This document shows, one piece after another, positions 1-9,598 of a DNA stretch of 47,920 nucleotides (the stretch's first letter is position 1; each line of letters opens with the position of its first letter). The stretch comes from an uncultured Bacteriovoracaceae bacterium (lineage in GTDB: Bacteria; Bdellovibrionota; Bacteriovoracia; Bacteriovoracales; Bacteriovoracaceae). The notes below the pieces were generated by a model that searched no databases, was not told where the DNA came from, and was given only the letters and a program-made list of their open reading frames with translations. Location: positions 1-47,920 of the forward strand of contig CAXGUD010000027.1 in assembly GCA_964012805.1 (NCBI GenBank). Reading direction: 5' to 3'. The translations under genes and the position numbers were made by a program.

Positions 1-313
1 TAGGCCCTACCCACTTATATTTTTTCTTCCTTGAATCAGTAAAAACCGTCGTAAAAAGAGCGTTCTTAAGCCCTTTTTTCTGAGTCAATTTAAGCCCTCT
101 TGCCCAGGGAATAATTTTAATTGTATCTTTCCTAATGGGTATGTTTGCAACCTGAAGAGTTTTCTTAAGAATCTCGGTTGAGTAGCCTTTAACAACACCG
201 CCTTCTTTAAAGTTGTACGGAGGTGCGTCCTCGGTATAAAACTTAATGTCTGTAGCCTGAACATTTAAGCTCAGAGCTAATATTGGTAAAAGAAAAATTT
301 TAAATAGCTTCAT
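1..313 (-). CDS. Periplasmic substrate-binding protein, family 3 (partial, runs off the window edge)
   Basis: Not in the ORF track. Manual translation from ATG at 313 (GGAGG RBS at 320-324): MKLFKIFLLPILALSLNVQATDIKFYTEDAPPYNFKEGGVVKGYSTEIL...IPWARGL...SRKKKYKWVGP. Signal peptide plus the PPYNF / PWAR / R..KYKWVGP pattern of SBP_bac_3-like proteins. Confidence 0.85.
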   Translation of the reverse strand, partial: MKLFKIFLLPILALSLNVQATDIKFYTEDAPPYNFKEGGVVKGYSTEILKKTLQVANIPIRKDTIKIIPWARGLKLTQKKGLKNALFTTVFTDSRKKKYKWVGP

Positions 314-641
314 CTGCTTCCTCCTTTCTTATTTAAATTATTATAGTTCATTTCTAGTTAAAAAAACTAATTTTTAAAATATATCGTTTACAATAAAATT
401 TATAACTACAAATTTTCTTATCGACAAACTTAAGAAAAACCCAAAGTCTTTTTTTAAAACTCTTCTTAGTAGAGAATTAGTATTCCCCTTCTAAAATCGA
501 ACGATTTGAACCTTCTTTAAATTATTTGTTAATGATTACTTTGATTAAATAGATCAATCTTTTTTTTTTATCATCTAAAAGATATGCACAAACTATGAAG
601 GAGTGATAAAAAGATTTATCTAAGTAGATCTTCCTATTGAA

Positions 642-1073
642 CTACTGAATTTCTTGAATTACATCGTAAATTTTTTTATTTAAGTACTTGTCCCATTCAA
701 ATGATTTAGTCGGTCCACCAAAAGGCTTAAAGGAGTCCATTGCCCATTCACAAAAATCTTGAGCTAACTTTAATTCTTTATTAAAAAGGAAATCTCCAAG
801 TTTATGAAAAACTTCTGGAGAAAGTTTTTGTCCTTCCTCCCATAAATCGTCGGCTTTATCTGTGTGGTAAGCTAAGACTTTCTTAAAAAATTCTTCTCGA
901 TTTTCAGCTTGTTTTAACAATTCTAAATCTTCTTTTTTTACTTCAACAAAATTATCCGTAACGAAACCAACTTCTGTTAAATTTGAAATAATGCTGTGAA
1001 AACGCTGAAGAGCAAAAACATCAAGAAATTTTCTTTGGTTTTCTGTAAGCTGGTCGATTTTTAGTTCTTTCAA
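642..1073 (-). CDS. Hypothetical acidic, helical cytoplasmic protein (143 aa)
   Basis: TTG start preceded by AGGTG RBS-like sequence; no recognisable motif. Confidence 0.7.
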   Translation of the reverse strand: MKELKIDQLTENQRKFLDVFALQRFHSIISNLTEVGFVTDNFVEVKKEDLELLKQAENREEFFKKVLAYHTDKADDLWEEGQKLSPEVFHKLGDFLFNKELKLAQDFCEWAMDSFKPFGGPTKSFEWDKYLNKKIYDVIQEIQ

Positions 1074-1267
1074 AGCTTCACCTAAATTTTGATTAAATAT
1101 TAGTCAGCTTCTTTATTCTCGTAATATTTTTTATAAAACTTAACAATTTTGTTTTGGTTTTAAGCTTTTATTTTTTTCCTCTTTTCTGAGTTCAATTTAA
1201 AGTAAAATTAGTTGTTTACACAAATCAAGAAAACTTTCTAATTATTTGTTTTATTTTAGCTTTTATA

Positions 1268-1295
1268 TAAAGATGACAAAAATAATTTCCGATAA
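1268..1295 (+). promoter_or_regulatory. sigma28/FliA-like promoter
   Basis: TAAA(1268-1271)-N16-TCCGATAA(1288-1295), 34 nt upstream of the ATG at 1330; consensus TAAA-N15/16-GCCGATAA. Confidence 0.6.
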
Positions 1296-1329
1296 ATTTT
1301 CAAGGATTGTAGAGGATGTATTGGATTAA

Positions 1330-4300
1330 ATGAAAAAAACAACAATAGCTAGAAAGCTAATCATTCTATTTGTTTTTTTAAGCCTAATTATTGCTACGAT
1401 TGGGACAACCATTAGTCTATTCAGAGAATTTCAAAATTATAAAATCCAGGTTAAAGAAAGGTTTAAGCAAATAGAAAGAACAATTCTCCCTGGTCTCGGT
1501 GCAGCTTTATTTAATGAAGACGACGATCAAATCAAAAAAGGAATATCCGGTGTTCTAAATACCAGGGACATGGTTTACCTTGAAATTTTTAGAGCATATG
1601 AGGGTGTCCTGGAAAAGGAGCCTGAGTTTAAAAAGGGAAAACCCCAGGAGCTAAATAGCATCTCAAAAAAATTGGACATAATGTTTATCGAGGAAGGTAG
1701 TGATGAAAAATCTACAGGGGAAAAAGTGGGAGAGATTTTCGTCATTGCAAGTCTAGACGGTGCTACAAAAAAAATTAAGGAACAAATTAAAGTTTTTATT
1801 GTAATCCAAGCCATTCAGTTTTTGTTTGTTACCATAATTATGTTTGCCCTTTTCAAAAGTCTTGTGAGCAGGCACCTCGTAAAAATGGCTACATATGCAG
1901 AAAACCTTAATTTTAAAGACCTTTCAGGGAATGTCCTTTCTTTGGATAGGAAGAAGGATAAATCAGATGATGAGCTCGATACAGTCGCGAACTCATTAAA
2001 TAAAATGAAAGAAAACCTTTACGACACTCACAACAAGCTAAAAAGCTATTCAATTAATCTAGAAACGGAGGTTTTAAAAAGAACAACTGATCTAGCAGAG
2101 GCATTAAAAAATATAGAATATCTTCTCAACAATATGAAGCAATCAATTTTCACAATAGACCAAGACACAATTATTTATGGACCAGTCTCTGAGTACTCCG
2201 AAGAAATTTTTGAAACAAAAATTGAAGGAAAAACAATCTTTGAAACCCTTTTTCAATCCCTCGACAAAAGTAGTGAAGTTTATGCAAGTATCGAATTCTG
2301 CTTTAGCTGTGTATTTGGTACCGATGAGCTTCAATGGCTCCTAATGGTTGATCTTTTTCCAACTAAGATTACCCTGGATGAAAAACATATAAAAACTAAG
2401 AAAACCTTAAAAGTAACCTATACTCCTTTATGGGATAATGGGGGTGGTCTCGATAGAATCATGTTCGTAATTGAAGACATTACCGAATTGGAAAAGCTCG
2501 AAGAGGCCATGAAAAAGCAAAAAGAAGAAAATACTAGAAATGTAGAAATTTTACAAGAACTTGCTCTTAATAAAAAAGAAGACTTGCAAATTTTCTTTTC
2601 AGGGGCCATAAACTCCTCACTAGAGCTTCAGAATCTAGGAAAAAAAATAAGAGAAAATTTAAATAATAATAAAGCCTTTGATAAAGAAATAAGAAACCTT
2701 TTCCAAATCCTTCATTCTTTAAAAGGGAACTCAAGAATTTTTGGTCTAAGCTTAATATCTACAGAAGTTCACAAATTAGAAAATGAAGTTGCAACTTTTT
2801 TAAATAAAAATGATCCTATCTCTGAAATGGAGGAAGGTGATATAGATAAAGAAAAAGAATCAATTAGTGAAGTCGAAAAAGAAGATAAAATAAATAGCTT
2901 GATACAAAGCTTATATGGTCTTCATGGTAATATTAATTCATATTTAAAAGCAGCTAAAATTGTCTTCGGAATGGTGTTTAAAGAAGACCTTGATTTTAAA
3001 GAGAAAATTCATGCAGGTGCCATTCAGCTAGATGCTTTTTTTGCTGAAATGTTTGGCTTAAATTCAAGGGCCCAGAGCTTCAAACAAATCCAAAAAAGTT
3101 TGGATCAAAACCCATATAGAAGAGATGAAATTGTTGATCAAGTTAGAAAATTAAATCACTCGATAAAAGGTATCTCTCGCTCTCTCCAAGAGAAAAATCT
3201 TTCATCTCAAATACATAATTTTGAAGGACTTTTTGAAAGTCTTCTAAATAAAGAGATAAGTGATCAGGATAAATTTGATGAAACAATTCAAAAATCTTTT
3301 TTGGATCTAAGATATGAATTCGAAAAAGTATATTTAAATACTTCTTTTTCTAAACCATATCCTTTTGAACTTAACTTTTGGAAAGAAGTATTTTACAAAT
3401 CATTTAAAGTTCTTAAATCCTTCAAGATATTTGAAAGCAATAATAGCCCTTTCATTGTTGATTTAATGGAATTGAAAAGCTTTTGGAATAATTGGCATGA
3501 GCAAAAGAAAAAGCAATATACAGTAGTTGGACAAAGTGATATCATTTTGCCAATAATACTCTTAATACAAAATATTCTCGATCAAAAAGAAGAAAATCAA
3601 GTAAAGCGCATAAAACCTTTCCTCAAAGATCTATGGACTTTTCTTTCCATTATTTCTCAAATTGATTACTCAAGACCTTCCTTGGATTTAGAAAAGACTG
3701 TCGTAGAAGAGAATCAGGCACTTATAGACCTATTTTTCAAGTATATTCAAGATAAGGGACATACTAAAGAAGAGTTTAATGAAGCTGTCTCGGATATTCT
3801 CCAAATTGAAAATGAAAAGGTTGGAACGTATCTCCGATCACACTATAAACTCGCCCACGAAATGAATGCGATCTACCTCGAATTTAAAAAGGACATATCA
3901 GATGCCAATATTGAAAAAGTAATTGAAGTCCTATACAAAAAAGATGACTTTACTTTCTTTACCCTTCTTAAAAATTTCTTAAAATCTGAAATGATGAGGT
4001 GGGGAATTTATACGAAAAAAATGGCCGTCCTACAATATATAGAAAATATATCAATCCTCGATGAACAAGAAGAGACTCAATCGAAACCTACAACAATAGA
4101 AATACTCCAAGATAAAATTATATCCTTAAGATCGGCCATAACGAATGCACATTCAAGCCCTAACCAAGAAAACCTAACAAAACTTGAGGAATCTTATGAA
4201 AACCTTTTTGACGTACCAGTAAAATACTCTTTTAACAAATACAAAAGAGTTGTTCAGGAAATTTCAAGATCGTTTGGTAAAAAGGTTAAGTTTACTTTAG

Positions 4301-4779
4301 GTGGAGACCAAGGGGCCCTTAAAAAGGAACATTTGTCACTTCTTAATGATTCAATGATTCACCTTGTAAGAAACGCTCTTGATCATGGGCTCGAAACTCC
4401 TGAAGAAAGAGTCTCCAATGGTAAAGATGAAATAGGTCAACTTGACATTATCTGTGTTCAAGGAAAATCCGAACTTGAAATTTTAATTCGAGATGATGGA
4501 AAAGGGATAAACCTTCAAAATGTTATAGATAAAGCTTTGGAAAAGGGTATTATTAAAGCCTCTGAAGCTCATGAATTGACGGAAAATGAAATATACTCAC
4601 TCATTTTTCAACCAAATTTTAGTACCAGAAAAGAAGTGTCAGAAATATCTGGACGCGGTGTAGGAATGGATGTTGTTAAACAAAACCTCGATCAAATGAA
4701 AGGGGACATTAGGGTCAATTCTGAGCTAGGAAAGGGTACAGAAATTTCTTTAAAGATTCCCATACCCAAAGTGGGTTAA
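1330..4779 (+). CDS. Membrane-anchored CheA-like histidine kinase: 2TM/periplasmic domain-HAMP-PAS-like-Hpt-Hpt-HATPase, no CheW domain
   Basis: Two TM helices; HAMP (DDELDTVANSLNKM); PAS-like segment ending IEDIT; Hpt motifs LHSLKG (H462) and NHSIKG (H610); CheA-type ATPase boxes HLVRNALDHG, DDGKG, FST, SGRGVGMDVV, GKGT; protein ends right after the HATPase. Confidence 0.9.
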   Translation: MKKTTIARKLIILFVFLSLIIATIGTTISLFREFQNYKIQVKERFKQIERTILPGLGAALFNEDDDQIKKGISGVLNTRDMVYLEIFRAYEGVLEKEPEFKKGKPQELNSISKKLDIMFIEEGSDEKSTGEKVGEIFVIASLDGATKKIKEQIKVFIVIQAIQFLFVTIIMFALFKSLVSRHLVKMATYAENLNFKDLSGNVLSLDRKKDKSDDELDTVANSLNKMKENLYDTHNKLKSYSINLETEVLKRTTDLAEALKNIEYLLNNMKQSIFTIDQDTIIYGPVSEYSEEIFETKIEGKTIFETLFQSLDKSSEVYASIEFCFSCVFGTDELQWLLMVDLFPTKITLDEKHIKTKKTLKVTYTPLWDNGGGLDRIMFVIEDITELEKLEEAMKKQKEENTRNVEILQELALNKKEDLQIFFSGAINSSLELQNLGKKIRENLNNNKAFDKEIRNLFQILHSLKGNSRIFGLSLISTEVHKLENEVATFLNKNDPISEMEEGDIDKEKESISEVEKEDKINSLIQSLYGLHGNINSYLKAAKIVFGMVFKEDLDFKEKIHAGAIQLDAFFAEMFGLNSRAQSFKQIQKSLDQNPYRRDEIVDQVRKLNHSIKGISRSLQEKNLSSQIHNFEGLFESLLNKEISDQDKFDETIQKSFLDLRYEFEKVYLNTSFSKPYPFELNFWKEVFYKSFKVLKSFKIFESNNSPFIVDLMELKSFWNNWHEQKKKQYTVVGQSDIILPIILLIQNILDQKEENQVKRIKPFLKDLWTFLSIISQIDYSRPSLDLEKTVVEENQALIDLFFKYIQDKGHTKEEFNEAVSDILQIENEKVGTYLRSHYKLAHEMNAIYLEFKKDISDANIEKVIEVLYKKDDFTFFTLLKNFLKSEMMRWGIYTKKMAVLQYIENISILDEQEETQSKPTTIEILQDKIISLRSAITNAHSSPNQENLTKLEESYENLFDVPVKYSFNKYKRVVQEISRSFGKKVKFTLGGDQGALKKEHLSLLNDSMIHLVRNALDHGLETPEERVSNGKDEIGQLDIICVQGKSELEILIRDDGKGINLQNVIDKALEKGIIKASEAHELTENEIYSLIFQPNFSTRKEVSEISGRGVGMDVVKQNLDQMKGDIRVNSELGKGTEISLKIPIPKVG

Positions 4780-4804
4780 CAAAAAGAGATAGTAATTAAG
4801 CTCC

Positions 4805-5704
4805 ATGAAAGAAGAAGAAAAAAAAATCACAAAACTTACAATTATATTCATATCCCTTTTTTTCGGTCTTATATTCCTCGATCAATTCACAAAACTTTAT
4901 CTTCACTCCGTTGAATCCCTCGGAATTTTTAAACTTGCCAAAAATCACGGTATATTTCTTGGAAAATTTAGAAACATTCCCCATAGCTTAAAATTAACCT
5001 CAATCCTCATTTTTAATTTTTCAATAATTTTAATTTTGAGTTCCTTCTTTTACTTTTTAACAGAAAAGCTATTAAAGTTAAAATATGGAGTCTTCTTCCT
5101 CCTTATTGGTATTCTTGGGAACACCCTAGATAGGGTATATCTTGGGTACGTTATTGACTTTATTCCCCTATCTACGGCACGCTCAAGGTTCTTTTATAAT
5201 ATAGCTGACATCTATCAAATTATAGGGGCAGCAACACTTATTATTTCCCTTTTAACAGGTGAGGCCAAAAAATTATGGCCTGATAAAGAACAAAGGACAA
5301 AGTTTTGGATTGGGACTGAAATCCAAAAGCACTTTCTTCTCTCTTCACTAATTCCCTTTATAACTTTTGGTTTTTTCTTTCTCATTTTGGAGTTTTTATC
5401 CCTCTCTCTTCTCTTTCATAAAAGCTTTGGGAGCCAATCAAGAAAGGCGAACGAGTTTATCATGGTTATTTTTGTCCCCTCTGTGGCCTTATTTCTTCTT
5501 TTTTCCATCCTGTTTTCACTCATTATTGTTTACTATTCACATAAAATTTCAGGACCTCTCTATCGTTTTCAAAAAGAGACCCAAAATATTTTGGAAGATA
5601 AAAAGCACCCAGAAAAATTGAAATTTAGAGATAACGATAAGCTTTTAAAACTTGAAAAGCTTTTCCTTGAAATAAAAGACTACGTCGGAAATTTTAAACA
5701 ATAA
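4805..5704 (+). CDS. lspA: Lipoprotein signal peptidase II with C-terminal 2TM + HAMP-like extension
   Basis: LDQFTK, NHGIFLG, GNTLDR, VIDF and YNIAD motifs (both catalytic Asp present), followed by about 140 extra aa with two TMs and SHKISGPLYRF...LKFRDND. Confidence 0.8.
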   Translation: MKEEEKKITKLTIIFISLFFGLIFLDQFTKLYLHSVESLGIFKLAKNHGIFLGKFRNIPHSLKLTSILIFNFSIILILSSFFYFLTEKLLKLKYGVFFLLIGILGNTLDRVYLGYVIDFIPLSTARSRFFYNIADIYQIIGAATLIISLLTGEAKKLWPDKEQRTKFWIGTEIQKHFLLSSLIPFITFGFFFLILEFLSLSLLFHKSFGSQSRKANEFIMVIFVPSVALFLLFSILFSLIIVYYSHKISGPLYRFQKETQNILEDKKHPEKLKFRDNDKLLKLEKLFLEIKDYVGNFKQ

Positions 5705-5719
5705 ATTTTATAAAAAATC

Positions 5720-7399
5720 CTACTCCCAATTCGTTGGTTTGAAATTGTTTGGAACGACTTTGAAGCGGACTTCCATACCTTTTTTATCGTGCATTCCTGC
5801 CCATAAAAGATCCCCACTCATTTCATTTTGAAGCGGTATAACAGGTTTTACTGGTAACTTTATCCGGTTTCTTTTATTGATCCTTTTTAAATGAGGCTCT
5901 ATCATAGAAGTAAACAAACGATTTAATTCACTACCACGACTTTCACTGCCATTAATCCTTATAACTGGGTCAATAACGCCTCCTTCTTCATACATTGGCT
6001 TTATAAAAATACCTCTTTTAACATTTCCAAAAAATCTAACGCTAAACTCAGCAAAAACCCTTCCTTCAAATTCAACATCAGAATTAAAAGGAAGCTGAAA
6101 TTTTCCACTAAATAGAGACCTCTTTTTATCTTCTTCCGGCTCATTAGAACCAATACTTTTTCCAAAAACATCAAACTCAAACCGAAGGGTCGCTTTCGTA
6201 TCCTCTCCCTCCTCGTTAATGTTCATTTTAAGTAGTTTTGGAGACGTCTCATATTCCATAGAAAGGGTTTGATTGGCGAGTTTCATAGGCCTCACCCCTT
6301 TTCTACAAAGGTAATCCCCTCTTGCCCCAAGTGTGGAATGAATAACATCAATAAGCGCCCCGGAACCTAAAAAGACCTGAAGATGACTTCTTCCTGACTT
6401 TTCATTAATATTGTCTGACCCTTTAAAGTCGTCAACATTGTCCGTGACTATTTCAAAATCCCTCGCACATTCACCAAAAGGAAGGGTACTAAGCCTCACA
6501 GGAAGTATAAAAGTCGTAGCGTAACGATTACCATCTATTCGCTCGGTTTGAATATAAGGAGCTTCATCTAAGGCAAAACCAGGTCTTCCTCGGCTTGGTT
6601 CTTCTCTAGGAAGCATATTTTTAATATCAGCTTTTAGTGTCTTCAAGGTCTCTTTCATCATGTCGTTGACTTGAGCTTGAAGATCAGGAAGAATCAAAGG
6701 GATAACACCTGCATTAATAATAGTATTTATACAGCTTGCTAGGGTTGAGCAATTTGAAACACCTAATAACTTCCCTACCTTTGCTCCAAAAGTTCCTAAT
6801 TTATTTATTACCCTTACAAGACCTCTATCTTTTTTAATGTCTAACTTGACTTTGACTCCTTCAAGTCTTGCATTTTCAACACCAAATTCACCTTCACTAA
6901 GATCAAAGACAACACGAGCAGCAAATTCCTTGACATGAACTTCAGTGGAGCCACTAATTAGTGGTTTGCTAATAAGGTCACTGACTGAGCCATAAAATTT
7001 TGTTCTCATCATAAAGTCATATTTTTTAGAGTTAGACTTAAATTTTAAATTTAAGCGGAGCTTATTACCTTTCAGTGCCTGTATATGAAATACATCAGGG
7101 GTAAGGGGCATTTTTACTTTTATACCGTGAACTTTAACCTTGGAACTCCATAGGCCGCCGGCATAACGACCCTTTTTTTCAAAAAGCTTTTTCTTTTTAA
7201 AGTCTACTCCGAAATTTTTTGGAATAATTGCTTGTTTAAGGGTCTAATCAAAGGCATTAATTCTTAATTTAATATCCCTTCGGGGGTATTCTTCAACTTC
7301 AACCATGTTAAAAGCAAAGAAACCACTTACGACAATAAAAGCGATAACTCCACCTATTTTCATACGCCTTTTTCTAATGCCATCTTTGTTTTCTTCCAT
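5720..7399 (-). pseudogene. Tandem paralog of 7442..9133 interrupted by an in-frame TAG at 7244-7246 (residual ORF 5720..7111)
   Basis: From ATG 7399: MEENKDGIRKRRMKIGGVIAFIVVSGFFAFNMVEVEEYPRRDIKLRINAFD*TLKQAIIPKNFG...KVKMPLTPD, colinear and in frame with the 7111 ORF; the paralog has Gln at the stop position. Confidence 0.8.
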
Positions 7400-7441
7400 A
7401 GGGTCCACCTTAAAAAATAAAAATTTGCAAAGTCAAACTCA

Positions 7442-9133
7442 CTACCAATTCATGGGTAAAAAACTATCCTCGACTACTTCAAAACGTGCTTCCATTCCTT
7501 TTTTATTGTGCATTCCTGCCCACAAAAGCTCCCCGCTATTTTCATTTTGAAGAGGGATTATAGGCTTAATGGGGACCTTAATACGATTTCTTTGATTAAT
7601 TCTTTTTAAGTGAGGCTCTATCATTGACATAAACATACGATTTAGTCGGTCACCTTGTTTTTGTCTTTCCCTACCATTAACTCTTATGACTGGGTTAATG
7701 ACCCCCCCTTTTACGTACATTGGTTTTATAAATAAACCAGTTTTTAAATTTCCCGTAAATAGAACAATAAACTCAGCGAAAACCCTCGATTCAAATTCAA
7801 GATCAGGGTCAAAAGGAAGCCGAAATTTTCCTCTCAAATTAGGTCCCTTTTTATCTTCTTCTGGTCTTTTGGAACCAATACTATTTCCAAAAACATCAAA
7901 CTCAAACCGAAGGAAAACTTTAGTCTTATCTCCATCTTCATTGATATTCATTTTAAGTAACTTTGGAGACGTTTCATATTTCATTGCAAGAATTTGATTA
8001 CCCAACTTCATAGGCCTTACGCCTCTTCTACAAAGGTAATTTCCTCTCGCACCGACCGCGGCGTGTATAACATCAATAAGAGCACCTGAGCCGAGAAAAA
8101 CCTGCATGTGGCTTCTTTCTGACTTTGGATTAATATTGTCTGACCCTTTAAAGTCGTCAACATTGTCCGTTACTATTTCAAAATCCCTCGCACATTCACC
8201 AAAAGGGAGGGAGCTGAGCCTCACAGGAAGTATAAAAGTCGTTGCGTAACGATTACCATCTATCCTCTCAGTTTGAATATAAGGAATTTCGTCAACGGCA
8301 AAACCAGGCCTTGCTCTCGTTGGTTCCTCTCTAGGAAGCATATTTTTAATATCAGCTTCTAGAGTCTTTAAGGTTTCCTTCATCATAGCGTTGACTTGAG
8401 CTTCAAGTTCGGGCCTGATAAGAGGTATAATTCCATCTTTAATAACCATATTAAGGCAACTAGTTGTACTAGAACAGCTCAAGCCTCCAAAGAAATTTCC
8501 TACTTTTGCTCCAAAAGTCCCCACTTTACTTATGACACTCAAAAGGCGTCTTTCTTTCTTTATACTGATCTTAAAGTCTATATCCTCAACTCTTGCCCTC
8601 TCAACACCAAATTCCCCCTCACTGAGCTCAAACTCGACTTTAGCACTTAATTCCTTAATATGAACTTCTGCGGAACCACTTATAAGGGGCTTGCTTACAA
8701 GATCACTGACCGAACCATAAAGTTTTGCTCTCGCCATAAAGTCGTATTTCTTAGAGCTAGATTTAAATTTTAAACCAACATGCAGTTTATTACCTCTTCG
8801 TGCCTCGATTTCTAAAACATCAGGGGTAATGGGCATTTTTACTTTTATACCATGTACTTTAATCTTGGAGCTCCATAACCCTCCTGCATAATCCCTATTG
8901 TCTTCATAAAGGGTTCCCTTCTCATAATCTACCCCAAAATTATTTGGAATAATCGCTTCTTTAACGGCTTGATCAAACTCATTAATTCTTAATTTAATAT
9001 CCCTTCGTGGGTATTCCTCAACTTCAACCATATTAAAAGCAAAGAAACCACTGACCAAAATAAAAGCGATGACTCCACCTATTTTCATACGCCTTTTTCT
9101 AATGCCATCTTTATTTTCATCCATAGGGTCCAC
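7442..9133 (-). CDS. N-terminally anchored exported protein of unknown function, possibly BPI/LBP (TULIP)-like; probable true start ATG 9124
   Basis: Basic N-terminus plus a single hydrophobic helix; AAGGTGG RBS precedes ATG 9124; alternating beta-strand pattern followed by a long amphipathic helix; Cys positions conserved with the paralog. Fold call is inference. Confidence 0.7.
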   Translation of the reverse strand: MDPMDENKDGIRKRRMKIGGVIAFILVSGFFAFNMVEVEEYPRRDIKLRINEFDQAVKEAIIPNNFGVDYEKGTLYEDNRDYAGGLWSSKIKVHGIKVKMPITPDVLEIEARRGNKLHVGLKFKSSSKKYDFMARAKLYGSVSDLVSKPLISGSAEVHIKELSAKVEFELSEGEFGVERARVEDIDFKISIKKERRLLSVISKVGTFGAKVGNFFGGLSCSSTTSCLNMVIKDGIIPLIRPELEAQVNAMMKETLKTLEADIKNMLPREEPTRARPGFAVDEIPYIQTERIDGNRYATTFILPVRLSSLPFGECARDFEIVTDNVDDFKGSDNINPKSERSHMQVFLGSGALIDVIHAAVGARGNYLCRRGVRPMKLGNQILAMKYETSPKLLKMNINEDGDKTKVFLRFEFDVFGNSIGSKRPEEDKKGPNLRGKFRLPFDPDLEFESRVFAEFIVLFTGNLKTGLFIKPMYVKGGVINPVIRVNGRERQKQGDRLNRMFMSMIEPHLKRINQRNRIKVPIKPIIPLQNENSGELLWAGMHNKKGMEARFEVVEDSFLPMNW

Positions 9134-9598
9134 CTTAAAATATAAAAATGCTAAATTTAGTATAAGCGGTTAATTTTCTTACGCTTGAAAGTTAAATAAA
9201 ATTTACTGACCTTTAAAAAAGATCAGTATAAAAATATTTTTAAACTATAACATAAGTTAATTTGATAACACTTTTTGGAGTTTCCAAAAACTTCTGGTTA
9301 GAGAATAAGAATTATTTTTTTTAGTTAAATAAGGTATTTATAATATAAAACAAAATATCAAATGATAAATTTCCGGCCTAAACAAAATGACAAGGAATTA
9401 GGGCGTTTTTTTCACAAACTCAACTATTCACGAATACCGCAAACCTCGCTTAGAGGTTAGAAAAAAAAGCCATTTTTAAAATAATTATTCTCTAGGTATT
9501 CTTTTTCTTTAATAAAATGCTCTTTTATTTAAAACTATATATCTTTTTATTTTTGCCGAAAATTGCTTTGTCGTAATTTTTTAAACGGAGTTATTTTA

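Noticed and set aside
3841..3880. Third Hpt in the 1330 kinase (KLAHEMNA)
   Set aside because: Lacks the HxxKG signature; cannot be supported without structure prediction.
7244..7246. TAG reassigned to Gln (alternative genetic code)
   Set aside because: TAG is the evident true stop of many genes here (642, 5720, 7442, 14883, 17011, 19978, 29354), and no other gene has an internal TAG.
9360..9450. c-di-GMP-I riboswitch (TCCGGCCTAAAC at 9372-9383 resembles part of the aptamer) upstream of the cyclase
   Set aside because: The upstream GGCAAA-stem-GAAA-stem-GACGCAAA half is absent. An Infernal cmsearch with the c-di-GMP-I model would settle it.
9563..9598. TTG start for the cyclase given in the ORF track
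   Set aside because: No RBS; GTG 9599 follows GGAG and begins exactly at the ferredoxin domain.
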